Assembly (NCBI RefSeq): GCF_009914755.1
Contig: NC_060935.1
Length of the DNA: 64,000 bases
Direction: 5' to 3' (one strand)
Source: the human T2T-CHM13v2.0 reference genome, Homo sapiens
Shown here: one piece after another, positions 29,256-47,196 of the stretch
Layout: each line of letters begins with the position of its first letter
Position numbering within the stretch: position 1 is the stretch's first letter
Position numbers and translations under genes: made by a program
Notes under the pieces: model-generated
Seen by the model: the letters and a program-made list of their open reading frames with translations, nothing else
Databases searched by the model: none
What the model was told of the DNA's origin: nothing

Positions 29256-30182
29256 CTTTATTTACATGGCTTCTCTGCTGAAGCTCCTTCAAGGGCAAGG
29301 ATGTATTCTGAAATGCCTAGCACAATGTCAGGAACACAACAGCTAGTCAAAGGTGTGTGGCTGGTTGGATGTGAGAGAAAATAGCTGCAAACGATAGAAA
29401 AGCTTACGCCTAGATGATGTGTATGTCAATCAAAACCAACTAAGGAAGAATAAGTTTTAAAAGAAGATTAGCTGGGTATAACAGTGCTCGGCTATAGGGC
29501 AAGTTACTTGGGAAGCTGAGGTTGGAGGATCACTTGAGCCCAGGAGTTTGAGACCATCCTGGGCAACATAGTGAGATCCCTGTATCTTAAAAAAACACAT
29601 ATTATTTTAGTGTTAGAAATCAACATAGTTATACCCCAGCATAGGTTTTATGGCCTTGGTAGAGGCAAATAATGAAGCAACTTTACAAAATGGGATTAAC
29701 TGATACAAAGGTGGTCTTGTAAGCCATAAAACCTTTGTATCAGTGTGTGCTAGAAACAGAGCCATATTACTTCACTTAAAATTACCAGGCACAGAGTCCT
29801 GCTGCTATCAGAGAGAAAAGAGTGAGGTCATTTTACCTCTTGGCTCTCACCCAACCAGATAATTCAACTTGGAATATTCCTTACACCTATAAGACCAGCT
29901 CTACCCTTATAAAAGCACAAGTGACCACGACATTAACCCGGATATAGTGTATTATTAATAAACTTGAAGCTCCTCGAGAATAAGTACTCAATAAATATTT
30001 AATGAGTGGCTATATTCCTAACATCTGCTCACAATGCTGGTTCCTCAGTCAAGAAATAAAGTGTTGAGAGGTGAAAGGCAAATAATCTTATTAATGATAC
30101 TTTCATTGATAGCCATTATAAAAGTGCCTGGCCCAGATCAGGAACTCAATAAATATTTGTGCAGCTAGTGAAATAATTGTAA

Positions 30183-30507
<325 letters not shown>

Positions 30508-30602
30508 AAAAAGTCTGCTTTTTAAAGTGAAGAATGGCACACAATTCTGCAAGTATACTAAAAGCTACTGAATTGTACACTTTATATAAAAAGTATTGAA
30601 CT

Positions 30603-30914
<312 letters not shown>

Positions 30915-30961
30915 TTATGACATAAAAATTATATTTCAATAAAACTTCTAAATAAACTCAC

Positions 30962-31042
30962 AAGGAAACTTTTCCAGGCCTGCTGAATGACTCTGGCAGC
31001 CTTATCCTGCTTTGTAAATTCTGATTCCTCTTTCCAAGGCAT
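30962..31042 (-). CDS. C11orf65: C11orf65 (MFI) first coding exon (exon spans 30962-31051)
   Basis: ttttag|GAATTTCAA ATG CCT TGG...TTC CTT|gtgagt; MPWKEESEFTKQDKAARVIQQAWKSFL, matching the recalled C11orf65 N-terminus; phase 0. Confidence 0.92.
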
Positions 31043-31099
31043 TTGAAATTCCTAAAAGAAAATGAGCAAAAAGGGTACATTTAAAATAATTTTAATTTA

Positions 31100-31822
31100 C
31101 TTTCATTTTTATTTATTTATTTTTTTTAGAGACACATTCTTGCTCTGTCACCCAAGCTGGAGTGCAGTGGTGCGATGATAGCTCACTGTAGCCTCAAACT
31201 GCTGGGCTCAAGTGATCCTCTTGCCTTAACCTCCTAAGTAGCTGGGATTGTAGGCGTGCACCATCACACCTGGCTTTCTTTTTTTAATTATTATTTTTTT
31301 GTAGAGATGGGGTCTTGCTATGTTGCCCAGGCTGGTGTCAAACACCTTCTGGCTTGGCCTCCCAAAGTGCTGGGATTGTAAGCGTGAGCCACCGCGCCCA
31401 GCCTAAAATTATTTTATATGCTCTATTATAAAACTACCACTAGAACTCAATGAAAATTAAATAGAGTTGTATAAATAAAACAATTAAAATAAGATTTTGT
31501 ATCAAAATAATAAAAATAAAAATAGTCACCTTCTTATTTTTTAAGAGACAGAGTCTTTCTCTGTTGCCTTGGCTAGAATGCCATGGCAGGATCATAGGTC
31601 ACTGCAGCCTTGAACTCTTAGGCTCGATTGCTCCTCCTGCCTCACCCTCCTGAGTAGCTGGGACTACAGGCACATGCTACGATGCCTAGCTAATTTTTAA
31701 AATTTTTTGTAGAGACAGGTTCTTGCTATGTTTCCCAGGCTGGTCTTGAATTCTTGTACTCAAGCGATCCTCCCACCTCTGCCTCTGAAAGTGCTTGGAT
31801 TACAGGCATGAGCCACTGCACC
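31100..31822 (-). mobile_element. Two AluJ-like elements (~31100-31403, 31535-31822)
   Basis: Reverse Alu motifs. Confidence 0.88.
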
Positions 31823-32304
31823 AAAAGTAGTCAGCAATTATTGGTGATTTAATATGTTCTAATTTGTATATTTTTTTCTAGTTCCAGCAACAACCCTGCA
31901 TAACAGATTTTGCTAATATGCTTGTGTTAGAGATGAGGAGCCTAGGCTTTAAGGCCTAAGGTCAAATAGTGAGTAACTAAACCAGTTATTGAATTCAAGT
32001 TTATCTTGAAAGTCCATGACTTTTACATACCCTGTTGTATGACTTCAAATAAACCTTTCTTAACGTGCATAGAGACAGAGTTGCATCCACAAAATTGCGC
32101 AGGTCCCTAACCTAAAATTAGACCTTATGTGGTCAAATATAAAAGGAAAAAAAGGTCATGCACTGAATACAGGGAGAAACATGGATTTTTACTTAGTCTT
32201 AAGAGTTATTAATACTTCACAGAATAATGTCACTCATTACATTTACAGTAGCAATATGGTTCTGACATGCTTTATCATAATCCAAAGTGAACAAATTTTG
32301 CTTA

Positions 32305-36075
<3,771 letters not shown>

Positions 36076-36589
36076 TAACCAAATAAAATGTACTATCAAA
36101 CAACTGCTCAGGCAATGAAGTATTTTACTACACCCATGTGCCACTTGTAGATTCACAGATAAGTATTTTCCAAGCTTATTATATCCCTAATCAATAAAAT
36201 TTTTTATCATAATAGATGATGTTTTCACTTATTTATTTTTACGCTTCGTGGAAAAAAGCCCACAAGACGTGTTTGGATTCTTGGTTTCACTTTTAAAGCA
36301 GCAAACAATCTTTACTTTGCTTGAATTGGAACCTGTATACGTCCTATTTTGTTTCCTCTACTAAATTTATTGAATAAACAAATGATTCGCGTGGCCTTTA
36401 TAAGTTTCGTAATTTCGCTTTTCCTTTTTACCTGTGGTCCTTGATGCTAGGGGCAGGAGAAGAAAAACAACTAACCTATTCTTTAAAAACGCGTTTCCCT
36501 TTTCCATCTCTAAAAAAACTGAAAAGACGTAAAACAAATGGGAGGGGGCAAAGGAAAGAAATGAGGAAAAATCTAAGGAAGATTAATGT

Positions 36590-37160
36590 GTACTTCCCGG
36601 TCAGCGGGAAGGTGGACGGAGTAATATCTTTGCGGAGGATTGGGGTGTGGGGATCTGTGAAGGCGCAGTATGAGCAGTAAGGACTTGTCAACCAGCCCGA
36701 CGCAACTTCACCGAGGGCGAGGAAAGGAGCTCTGAGGAAGGGGTTACTCCCGGGCAGGACTGTAAACCAGCTGGAGGCCTCGCTGGGAGGGCTTTAGAGG
36801 AATGAAACGTCCTTAAGAGGGGCGGATGGGGAATGGTATCAAGGGTATGGGTTCTTTAGGGCCTTGAAACAACGAAGGCTCAAACCAGTGGGCACAAAGG
36901 CTACCGGAACAGTAGTACGCGCTGAGAGAAGGGACACTATTCCCTTCACCTACCAATCGCTGCTGGCCCGGGCGCCGCTGGACTCCTAGGTAACGTCGCA
37001 GGCGGAAATGACGTAACTCAATCCGTTCTGTCCCGCCCCATTGCCCTCCTAGCCCCGCCTTCTAGGCCCCGCCTTTCCTCTATTCGCGCTCTGACAAAGT
37101 GCAGGGGATATAGACCAACCGCTTGTGAAGGCTGCTGGTTCTGTTAGAAGCCCGCTTTCG
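36590..37160 (-). promoter_or_regulatory. C11orf65: CpG-rich promoter of C11orf65
   Basis: Only non-repeat CpG-dense stretch; GC-box-like CCCGCC x3 (37033-37073), ETS/CRE-like GCGGAAATGACGTAA (37002-37016), X-box-like CTCCTAGGTAAC (36983-36994), CCAAT (36953-36957). Confidence 0.8.
36954..37010 (-). other. C11orf65: Probable non-coding exon 1 of C11orf65 (5' end approximate)
   Basis: Splice donor TTG|GTAGGT at 36954/36953 (overlapping alternative TAG|GTGAAG 4 nt further) inside the promoter, upstream of the ATG exon. Confidence 0.55.
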
Positions 37161-37309
37161 ATTGTCAGTGGCTTTGAGGCAAAGGATTTTGGAAGGGAAA
37201 GCAAAGTGATTGTCTACGAAGTTGGGCTTAGTATATAATAAAGCCCAGTCATTTCAACCAAGAACCTTAAAGATGTTGAGAAATATAATGAAATATTTTC
37301 TATTAATTT

Positions 37310-37628
37310 TTGTAAAATTTTTCTTGAGATAGGGTCTCAATCTGTGGCCGAGGCTGGAGTGCAGTGGCGCGATCTCGGCTCACTGCAGCCTGGAACTCCC
37401 CTGGCTCAGGTGATTCTCCCACGTCAGCCTCCCGAGTAGCTGGGACCGTAGGAGTGCACCACCACGCCAGGCTCATTTTTCTATTTTTATTAATAGTGGC
37501 GACAGGGTTTCTCCATGTTGTCCAGGCTGGTCTTGAACTCCTGGGCTCCAGCGATCCCCCCCTACCCCATCTCCCGCCTTGGCCTCCCAAAGTGCTAGGA
37601 TTACAGGCGTGAACCACCGCGCCCGGCC
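37310..37628 (-). mobile_element. AluJ-like with many retained CpGs next to the promoter
   Basis: Reverse Alu; CpG retention consistent with a hypomethylated promoter flank. Confidence 0.85.
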
Positions 37629-38304
37629 TATTTAATTAGTTTAATTTATTCATTTGAAAATGAGACAACTGATCCTTCTAGCTATTTGACAGGTCTTGCT
37701 CAAGGTCAAAGAATACGTGACTTGCAGTCCAATGTTATTTCTAAATGTAAGCTCTTCAGCTGGTTAAGCTAAACTGCTTTAAGTGAAAACAGACGACCTC
37801 TTGAATGAGTTTTCAAATGACCTTAAATAATGCAAGCACTGCTTATCTAAAGCAAGTCTGACTTGCTTGAATTCTGAGTCTGACACTTTGGCAGTGCTTT
37901 AGTTGGTCACAGATTATTGCAATGTGAAAAAATCTTGTTCAGAACTGCCCAGTTTTGCTATGTTCGTCCTATGTTCATGCATGGAATATAATTTGTTTGT
38001 AAGGAAGATAAACTTTTAAGGAGGGAAAAGAAACACCTGAAGAGAAATTTCCCTGTATAATGAAAACATTTGTACAGAAAAAATTCTTGGTAGGTTAATT
38101 CAGTGACTCACTGAACTTCCAGAGTTCTTTAAAATCATCACAATCATAAGCAAGGGGTGAGCTTCAGTTCCTCTTTATGTAGTTGCCTTGATGCATTAAT
38201 ACACAGTAGTTATGAACAATAAACTGTAAAAATATAGTCATGGAAACATTATGTATATCTTAATTTTCAATCTAATAGAAACTGGGTTAAAAAATTTAAA
38301 TTCA

Positions 38305-38710
38305 GGCCAGGTGTGGTGGCTCACACCTGTAATCCCAGCACTTTGGGAGGCTGAGGTGGGCGGATCACTTGAGGTCAGGAGTTCAAGACCAGCCTGGACA
38401 ACATGGTGAAACCCCCTCTCTACTAAAAATACAAAAATTAGCCCAGCCTCCCAAGTAGCTGGGACTACAGGCGCCCTCCATGATACCCGGCTAATTTTTT
38501 GTATGTTTAGTAGAGACGGGGTTTTACTGTGTTAGCCAGGATGGTCTCAATCTCCTGGTGGCGCGCTGCCTGTAGTCCCAGCTACTCAGGAAGCTGAGGC
38601 AGGAGAATTGATAGAACCCGGGAGGCAGAGGTTGGTTGCAGTGAGCCGAGATAGCGCCATTGCACTTCAGCCTGGCAACACAGCAAGATTCCCTCTAAAA
38701 AAAAAAAAAA
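38305..38710 (+). mobile_element. AluS containing an inverted 114-bp Alu insert
   Basis: Alu dimer broken at 38443/38558. Confidence 0.9.
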
Positions 38711-38939
38711 ATTAAATTCAAAATTACACAACAATGTGAATGTACTTAAGTCCACTGAATTGTACAATTGAAACTAGTTAGAAGGATAAATTTATGTATA
38801 TTTTACCACAATTTAAAAATTTTAAATTAAAAAACTGCAAAACTAAGCCAGTAAATAATTTAGAACAAAAATTCCTAAATGTACTGGATGAAATATAAAA
38901 ATAAATTTAAGGTATACTGCTGTTTAGATATTATTTTTA

Positions 38940-39033
38940 TTAGGTTGGTGCAAAAGTAATTGCGGTTTTTGCCATTAAACATACATAATTAAACATAATG
39001 GCAAAAACCGCGATTACTTTTGCATCAACCTAA
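38940..39033. mobile_element. MADE1 (Hsmar1-derived MITE)
   Basis: TIRs TTAGGTTGGTGCAAAAGTAATTGCGGTTTTTGCCATTA / TAATGGCAAAAACCGCGATTACTTTTGCATCAACCTAA, TA target duplication on both sides. Confidence 0.93.
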
Positions 39034-39945
39034 TAAACTGCATATTTTTAATGTAGTGCTTATCTGAATTATTTTAAAAAGTATTTACAATAGTTACTGT
39101 TGAGTACTTATGTTACCTCTAACCTGATCCACAAGAATTCAGCAATTTCTACATAACAGGCTAGAACATTTTCTTATTGCTCTAATACATGTAAAAATTG
39201 TTCAGTTCTTTAAAAGTATCTTTCTTTAAAGTAGCCACAAGGGATCATTAAGACTAGAAACTGTCAAGTGTTAGGTTTATTCATTTATATGTACCTGCTT
39301 AAATCTAGGAACAGTTTACTAAGACGCAGAACTCAGAAGAACTTCTGGGTGGTTTCACAGAAATCGTTCCTTCCTTCCTTCTCTCTTCCCCTCTCCACTT
39401 ATTCTCTTCCTCTTCTTTTTCTCTCTTCTTTGTCTTACTACTATTATACAATATATCATATTATATTTATGAAATTAATATTCTTGCTTTCCACTTACAA
39501 GGCAAAGATTTTTCTTTATAAACCATGTGAAGACAAGAGATAAGGAAACAAAAATGAATTGGCATGAGGAAAGGGGAAATATCTGTAGTGCCGAGGGAGA
39601 AGAGTCACAATTACATGCCATTTTGCCTAGGGAGAAGAGTCACAATTATATGCCATTTCTTTCCTCTCTGCTTTGGCACTGGAGCAAACTCCAACAATAG
39701 GGGACTCCAAGGCTGTCTCCCGGATGTGAGCATGGAATCTTTTATAATTGTGGAAAATATGTCATGTAGTAGAAAACCACAATGTCACACATGAGGAGTG
39801 GGTGTGGGTCAAAGGCACAGGTCCTGCAGTGGTCCTAAAGGAGGCCAGAGGGACCTCCAACCAGGCATCAATCCTCTTGTTGAGGCTTAGCAGTTTGAAG
39901 AGGCTAGAGGAAGGGAGTTGGCACCTTTAGCTAATTCTTGGCTGA

Positions 39946-40330
<385 letters not shown>

Positions 40331-40415
40331 CCTTTTAGTATTTTCACCATCAACAAAAATAATGGTGCCAAGCTTAAATATTTTTTCTTTTCTTTTCTTT
40401 TTTTTTTTTTGAGAC

Positions 40416-41139
40416 TGTAACCACACAATGAGTTCTCCTTGTCTGCTGCCTAGACAGAGCCAATTTATCAAGACAGGGGAATTGCAATAGAGTTTAATTC
40501 TTGCAGAGTTGGCAGTATGGGAGACCGCAGTTTTATTTCTTGAATCAGTCTCCCTGAAATGTCAGGGATTGTGGTTTTTAAGGACAATTTGGTGGGTAGG
40601 GGATCAGAAAGTGGGGAGTTGCTGATTAGTTGGGTCAGAGATGAAATCAAAGGGAGTCGAAGCTGTCCTCCTATGCTAAGTCAGTTCCTGGGTCGGGGCC
40701 ACAAGACCAGATAAGCCAGTTTATTGATCTGAGTGATGCTAGTGGAATCATCAAGTGCAGGGTCTGCAAAATATCTCAAGCACTGATTTTAGGTTTACAA
40801 TAGTGATGTTATCCCCAGGAGCAATTTGAGGAGGCTCAAAGTCTGGCAGCCTTCAGATGTATGAATCCTAAATCATAATTTCTATGTTTCAGCTAATTTG
40901 TTAGTCCTGCAAAGGCAGTCTAATCCTCAGGCATGAAGAGGGCTTCTTTTGGGAAAGCGCTGTTACCATCTTTGTTTCAAAGTTAAACTATAAACTAAGT
41001 TCCTCCCAAGGTTAGTTTGGCCTATGCCCAGGAATAAACAGGGACAGCTTGGAGGTTAGAATCAAGATGGAGTTGGTTAGGTCAGATCTCTTTCACTGTA
41101 ATGATTTTCTCATTTATAATTTTTGCAGAGGTGGTTTCA
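40416..41139 (-). mobile_element. LTR8-type (ERV1/MER4 group) solo LTR inserted into an Alu
   Basis: TG...CA termini (minus start TGAAACCACCTCTGCAAAAATTAT), 4-bp TSD AGAC (40412-40415, 41140-41143). Confidence 0.8.
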
Positions 41140-41598
41140 AGACAGGATCTTGCTCTGTTGTCCAGGCTGGAGTGCAGTGGCATGATCATAGCTCACTGTA
41201 ATCTCAAACTCCTGGGGTCAAGCAGTCATCCCACCCCAGTCTACCAAGTAGTTGGGACTACAGGTGTTCACCACCATGTCCAGCTAATTTTTAAATTTTT
41301 TCTTTTGTAAAGTTGAGGGTCTCACTATGTTGCCAGGGCTAGTCTTAAACTCCTGGGCTCAAGTGATCCTCCTGCCTCGGCCTCCCAAAGTGCTGAGGTG
41401 TGAGCCACCGTGACTGGCCTTTTCTTTCTTCTAATGTTATTATAGATTTCTGCCCTTTAGGGACTGAGTGGTGATTTTGGTTCATTTACTCATGAAGACA
41501 TAATAGAATCAAAATTAGACCAATGCAGTTACAGAAATACCAGGGCTATAAGTGGTTACAACCTCTTTCTTAAAAAACAAAAGGTATCTTTTTCAACT

Positions 41599-41623
41599 TT
41601 TTATTTAGAAAATTTATTTTATT
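41599..41623 (-). terminator. Probable POGLUT3 polyadenylation signal cluster
   Basis: Several TTTATT (=AATAAA on minus), with a U-rich tract downstream on minus (plus-strand aaaaaacaaaa ~41572-41582). Confidence 0.6.
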
Positions 41624-42521
41624 TAAAAGGTATATATATACATAAGTCCCAAGATATAAAGTTCTAAACATAGATTTAAAAAGAGCAAAATGGAAAAAAT
41701 ATAAATATTTGCTGTTCCTGTTTATATCTTTTGTGCATTTATTGTCTTTTCTAAGGTTGGCATTTTTCTTTATTTTGCAATTTGATCCATACTTACAGTA
41801 AAAAAAAATCTAAATATTATAGAAAGGTATAAAGCAAAAAGTAAGAATTCCCTTCACTCCATCTTCTCCTCAGATATTGGTGAATCTCCTCCCAAACTTT
41901 CAACCACATAGATGCATTTTTGTTTTCAAACCAGAAAGCCATTAACACTAACTCTTTAAAGGCTGCGGCTGAATTGGCGAGATGAAGAATTATGTAGATT
42001 AAGGCTGCTGTCTCCCTATAGAATTTTTTGAGGGATTCCACCTTTTTTTAAAGCACATCCTTCCTGTTCCACACACTGAATCTGCCTGGTTTGTCTCAAC
42101 TTGCTTTTAACTATTAGGCCTGTTTGGCAGAGGCAATATAAATTTTTAAAAATGTAAGATGTTTAAAATGCCATTAGCCTTTAGCACCTGGAATTTGAGG
42201 CAGAAAGGTATGAGTTAGGCAACCTTTCTTGCCATAATCCCAGTTTTGACAAGCCTCAAACACAATGTACAATATTTAAGACACAAATTCATTAGGTATG
42301 GGCTCAGGACAGCTTGCTCTTATTTAATACTTGCGTGCTTGTGGTTTTGCACAATGGATGGGTATTAGAGTTTGCCTTGGATACTTGGCATTGATTAGAC
42401 TGTTCTGAAATTTGGTTATGCTTAGTCAAAAAATTCTGTTTATTGTTCTTCAGCAAGAATAGATGTAACCACTTTAAAAATAGTTACATTGTTTTCCAGA
42501 TTAAGTAAATATTTCAGTTAG

Positions 42522-42851
<330 letters not shown>

Positions 42852-43812
42852 TAAAATTTGGAATGAGGATAGCTCTTGTTTTAGAACATGCACTTTAGTG
42901 AACTGAACCTTGGACTGATGGTTACAAGGAGTATGTAATGAGCTTTCAGGCTATGAGTCCTAAATCCTGACCCTGTCCTAAAAGAGAAAGGAAATTTCCA
43001 AAGTCTTCATCGTAGCAACGACACCCACTGAAATAGAAAAGTGGTGGAGTGAGGAATGGATGCTTGCCTTTGTTCTTGGCCTATTATTAGTGAATCCCAA
43101 GATAGCAGGCTTCCTGAAGATTGTTGTAGAGGTTTTCAGTGTTTTCAAGGATCCCCTTTTCAGCTTAAAAATAATGAATGCCTTTCACCTGACTACAGTT
43201 ATCTTTCACCTATTCAATATAGAGATAATGAATGATGCCTATAGCATACCTTCATCTATGTTAATAACTGTATTGTCTTTGATGGGTATACAACTCAGAT
43301 AGATTTGGAATTACTAACTTAAGGTACAATTTCTCCTTAATGTTGTCTCGGGCTTTGGCAAAATTTAGTTTAAAGGATATGAGTAGTGCTTTAAAAAATA
43401 TTCCCTCCACAGTCTCCATGCCACCTTTAATAACAGAGTCATTCTCTTCTTCCTTAAATATCCTTATCAGACCTTCTAAAAGGAAGCTGTTATTAATGAA
43501 AGCCAAAAGCAGCTTGTAAGAGGAGAAATTATGCAGTGACGGGGGGCGGGGGGACAACCCTGAACAAATATTTTCTCTTCATAATTGGAAGTGGAAGAGA
43601 AAAAGTGAACAGGGGATAGAAATAAACCAATAAAATATGTAAACCAATAAATATGTAAACAGTTTTGCAGAGGCTGATTTATATTTTAGCAAGTCTCTCT
43701 ATCGGCTATGATCCCCAAGTTTTCTTTTTAGAGAAACTATGATGCTGATAATAGCAGTTTTTACGCAAAAGATATTAATATTCAATGATATTTGGTAATG
43801 CTTGTTCAAATA

Positions 43813-44145
43813 CAGGTTGAACATTCCTCATACAAAAATCTAAAATCTGAAATACCCCAAAATCCAAAACTTTTTGAGTGCTGACACCACCACTTGGGTC
43901 GCTAAGATAGTGACACCTTTGCTTTCTGACAGTTCAATGTATACAAACTTTGTTTCATGCACAAATTATTAAAAATATTATATAAAATTACCTTCAGGGT
44001 ATGTGAACAAGGTATATATAAAATATAAATGAATTTTGTGTTTAGACTTGGATCTCATCCCCAAGATACCTCATTATGTACATGCAAATATTCCCAAATC
44101 TTAAAAAATCTGAAGCCTGAAACACTCCTGGTCCTAAGCATTTCA
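43813..44145. mobile_element. Tigger4/MER46-type non-autonomous DNA transposon in POGLUT3 3'UTR
   Basis: TIRs CAGGTTGAACATTCCTCAT / ATGAGGGATACTCAACCAG with TA TSDs. Confidence 0.8.
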
Positions 44146-44309
44146 GATGAGGGATACTCAACCAGTACTGCTATATCCATCTACATATATAAAGCCACCG
44201 GGAGAACTAGTCCACTTGGTGCAGTCTTCTATACTGTCCTTCACAGCTTAGATTCAATCTTTCCTTAAAGATGTAGCCGGGATACACAGGAGTGTGATTC
44301 TGGGCTGAC

Positions 44310-44435
44310 TCAAAGTTCTTCTCTTGAAGGCTTTTTCCTGTGGCACTGGCAGATGGCTGTGCTATCTTCTGGCTGAGGAACAAGTTCCATTCCATCACGT
44401 ACTTCGGGTTTGCTGGACTGGCGCTCGGCATATTT
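44310..44435 (-). CDS. POGLUT3: POGLUT3 terminal coding exon 8, ends in ER-retention-like REEL and TGA
   Basis: tttcag|AAATATGCC...AGAGAAGAACTT TGA; KYAERQSSKPEVRDGMELVPQPEDSTAICQCHRKKPSREEL*. Confidence 0.96.
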   Translation of the reverse strand, partial: KYAERQSSKPEVRDGMELVPQPEDSTAICQCHRKKPSREEL

Positions 44436-45620
44436 CTGAAACGTGGGTTTAAAGGGAACTGAAAGGTTAGTTCACACTGCATTCTGTTGACTCCCCCACC
44501 CACTCCCATCCGCAGTCACGCCATCTTTTCTAGTTGCTGTGTGTCTGCAGACTAAAACCAAAGGTCTGGTTTATTCCAGTCCTAAAGTTACATTTTAACT
44601 TTAGCTATCACAGGCACTAGTTATAATTCATAATCTAGCAAGAAACCCCAATCCACAATTTTATGTGTTGGTTGGAAGCCTCTACAAAAGGGATGCCAAG
44701 CCAGACGTCCCTACCTGAAACAAACAGCAGCTCTCAGCATTTATTTTCCACTTGTTATTGAATAATTAACTTTGTTGAATACTCAAGCCAGCAAACAAAC
44801 AAGATAACCATCTGAAAAGTTGGCAGTCTCACACATTCTTTCTTTTAGGCCTATAGTCGCACGCATTTTTGAATGGCAACAGGTCTGTGTAATGTTCCTC
44901 CACTGTGGCCCTGAGTGAAATATTTCTATAAATGGAGTTTTTTTTGTTTTTTTTTTTTTTTTTTTTTTTGAGACACGGTCTTACTCTGTCACCGAGGCTG
45001 GAGTGCAGTGGCGTGATCTTGGCTCACTGCAGCCTCCAACATCCTAGGCTCAAGTGATCCTTACACCTCAGTCTCCTAAGTAGCTGGGACTACAGGCGCG
45101 TACCACCATGCCCAGCTAATTTTTTTCATTTTTTGTAGAGATGGCGTTTCACCATGTTGCACAGCCTGGTCTTCAACTCCTGGACTCAAGCAATCTGCCT
45201 ACCTCAGCCTCCCAAAGTGCTGGGACTACAGGCATGAGCCACCCTGCCCAGACATAAATTGGATATTTCAATTCAATGATTCCATGTCCCTTTTGCTGTA
45301 TATTCCTGGTACTGGACCAAATGCAACAAAATGTTGACACAGTAGATAAGCCTAATTAATATTTTAGAGAGAGAAATTCCTAACATTAAAATTGAAACTA
45401 TTTGGGAGGCTGAGGCTGGAGAATCACTTGAGGAACCAGGGAAACACGGCAAGAGCTTGTTTCTAAAAAAAATAAATAAATTAGCTGAGTGTGGTGGTGT
45501 AGTCCCAGCTACTAGTGGGAGGCTGAGGTGGGAGGGGGGAAGAATCGCTTGATCCTAGGAGGTTGAGGCTGCAGTAAGCTGTGATCATGCCACTGCACTC
45601 CAGCCTAGGTGACCGAGTAA

Positions 45621-45746
<126 letters not shown>

Positions 45747-46685
45747 TAGTTGAGATTACAGGCATGTGCCACCACACCTGGCTAATTTTGTATTTTTAGT
45801 AGAGACGGGGTTTGACCATGATGGCCAGGCTGGTCTTGAACTCCTGACCTCAGGTGATCCACCCTCCTCGACCTCCCAAAGTGCTGGGATTACAGGTGTG
45901 AGCCACTGCACCCGGCCAAGAAATTGTTAAAAAAACTGTTTAACGATTAAAGCTAGACCAACAGAGGGGACAGACCAATTTAAGGGAAGGAAGGGCTGCT
46001 TCTAGTAAATAGTGTAACTTATCATTTTTATTTTTCTATGAAAATGAAAATATGAGAGGGTAGTATCCACAAGCATCTAGGGAAATTTACTTTTACTATG
46101 CCTACAGAAAAATAAATTTAGGTTAAAAACAAGAACATAATTTCCTTTTTTTATTCTTCCTGTCTAGATTTTTCTGAGTAAAACTCAAGGTAGTTACTCA
46201 AAAGACCAATCCTCGGATTCCCAATAAACACTATACTTCAGGATTCAGCCCTAAGGTGTTAGAACTGTTATACATATTTCTCATTAGTTTGTTTGCTACA
46301 GCAAGCTAAATATTTGCATTCTGCCTTGTACTATAAAAGGCATGAATCTTAAGTATCAAGGAGAATAAGGAGGCGACATTTTGAGTAAAAAGGGATGTTA
46401 ATGATCTCCAGTCCAACCATCTTGTTTTCCAAATAAGAAAAAATGTTTTTCTCTGAGGTTCCAGAACACCTACACTAGGAATTCAATAAAGCATTTAATA
46501 AAAGAGAGCACTGAGAAGATGGGAGGAGTTGCTAATCTATATTTGTGAGGGCTCCCAGCGTCGTTTTACATAATATGGAATAAAGATGAAAATATGGAGG
46601 CCACGGCTGGGCGTGGTGGCTCACACCTGTATCCCAGCACTTCAGGAGGCCAAGGCAAGGCAGATCACCTGAGGCCAGGAGTTCA

Positions 46686-47196
<511 letters not shown>

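Noticed and set aside
39268-39543. Hydrophobic ORF / possible upstream C11orf65 exon donor (CAG|GTACAT ~39295)
   Set aside because: The ORF is low-complexity pyrimidine-rich; the donor alone is not enough to call an exon without transcript data.
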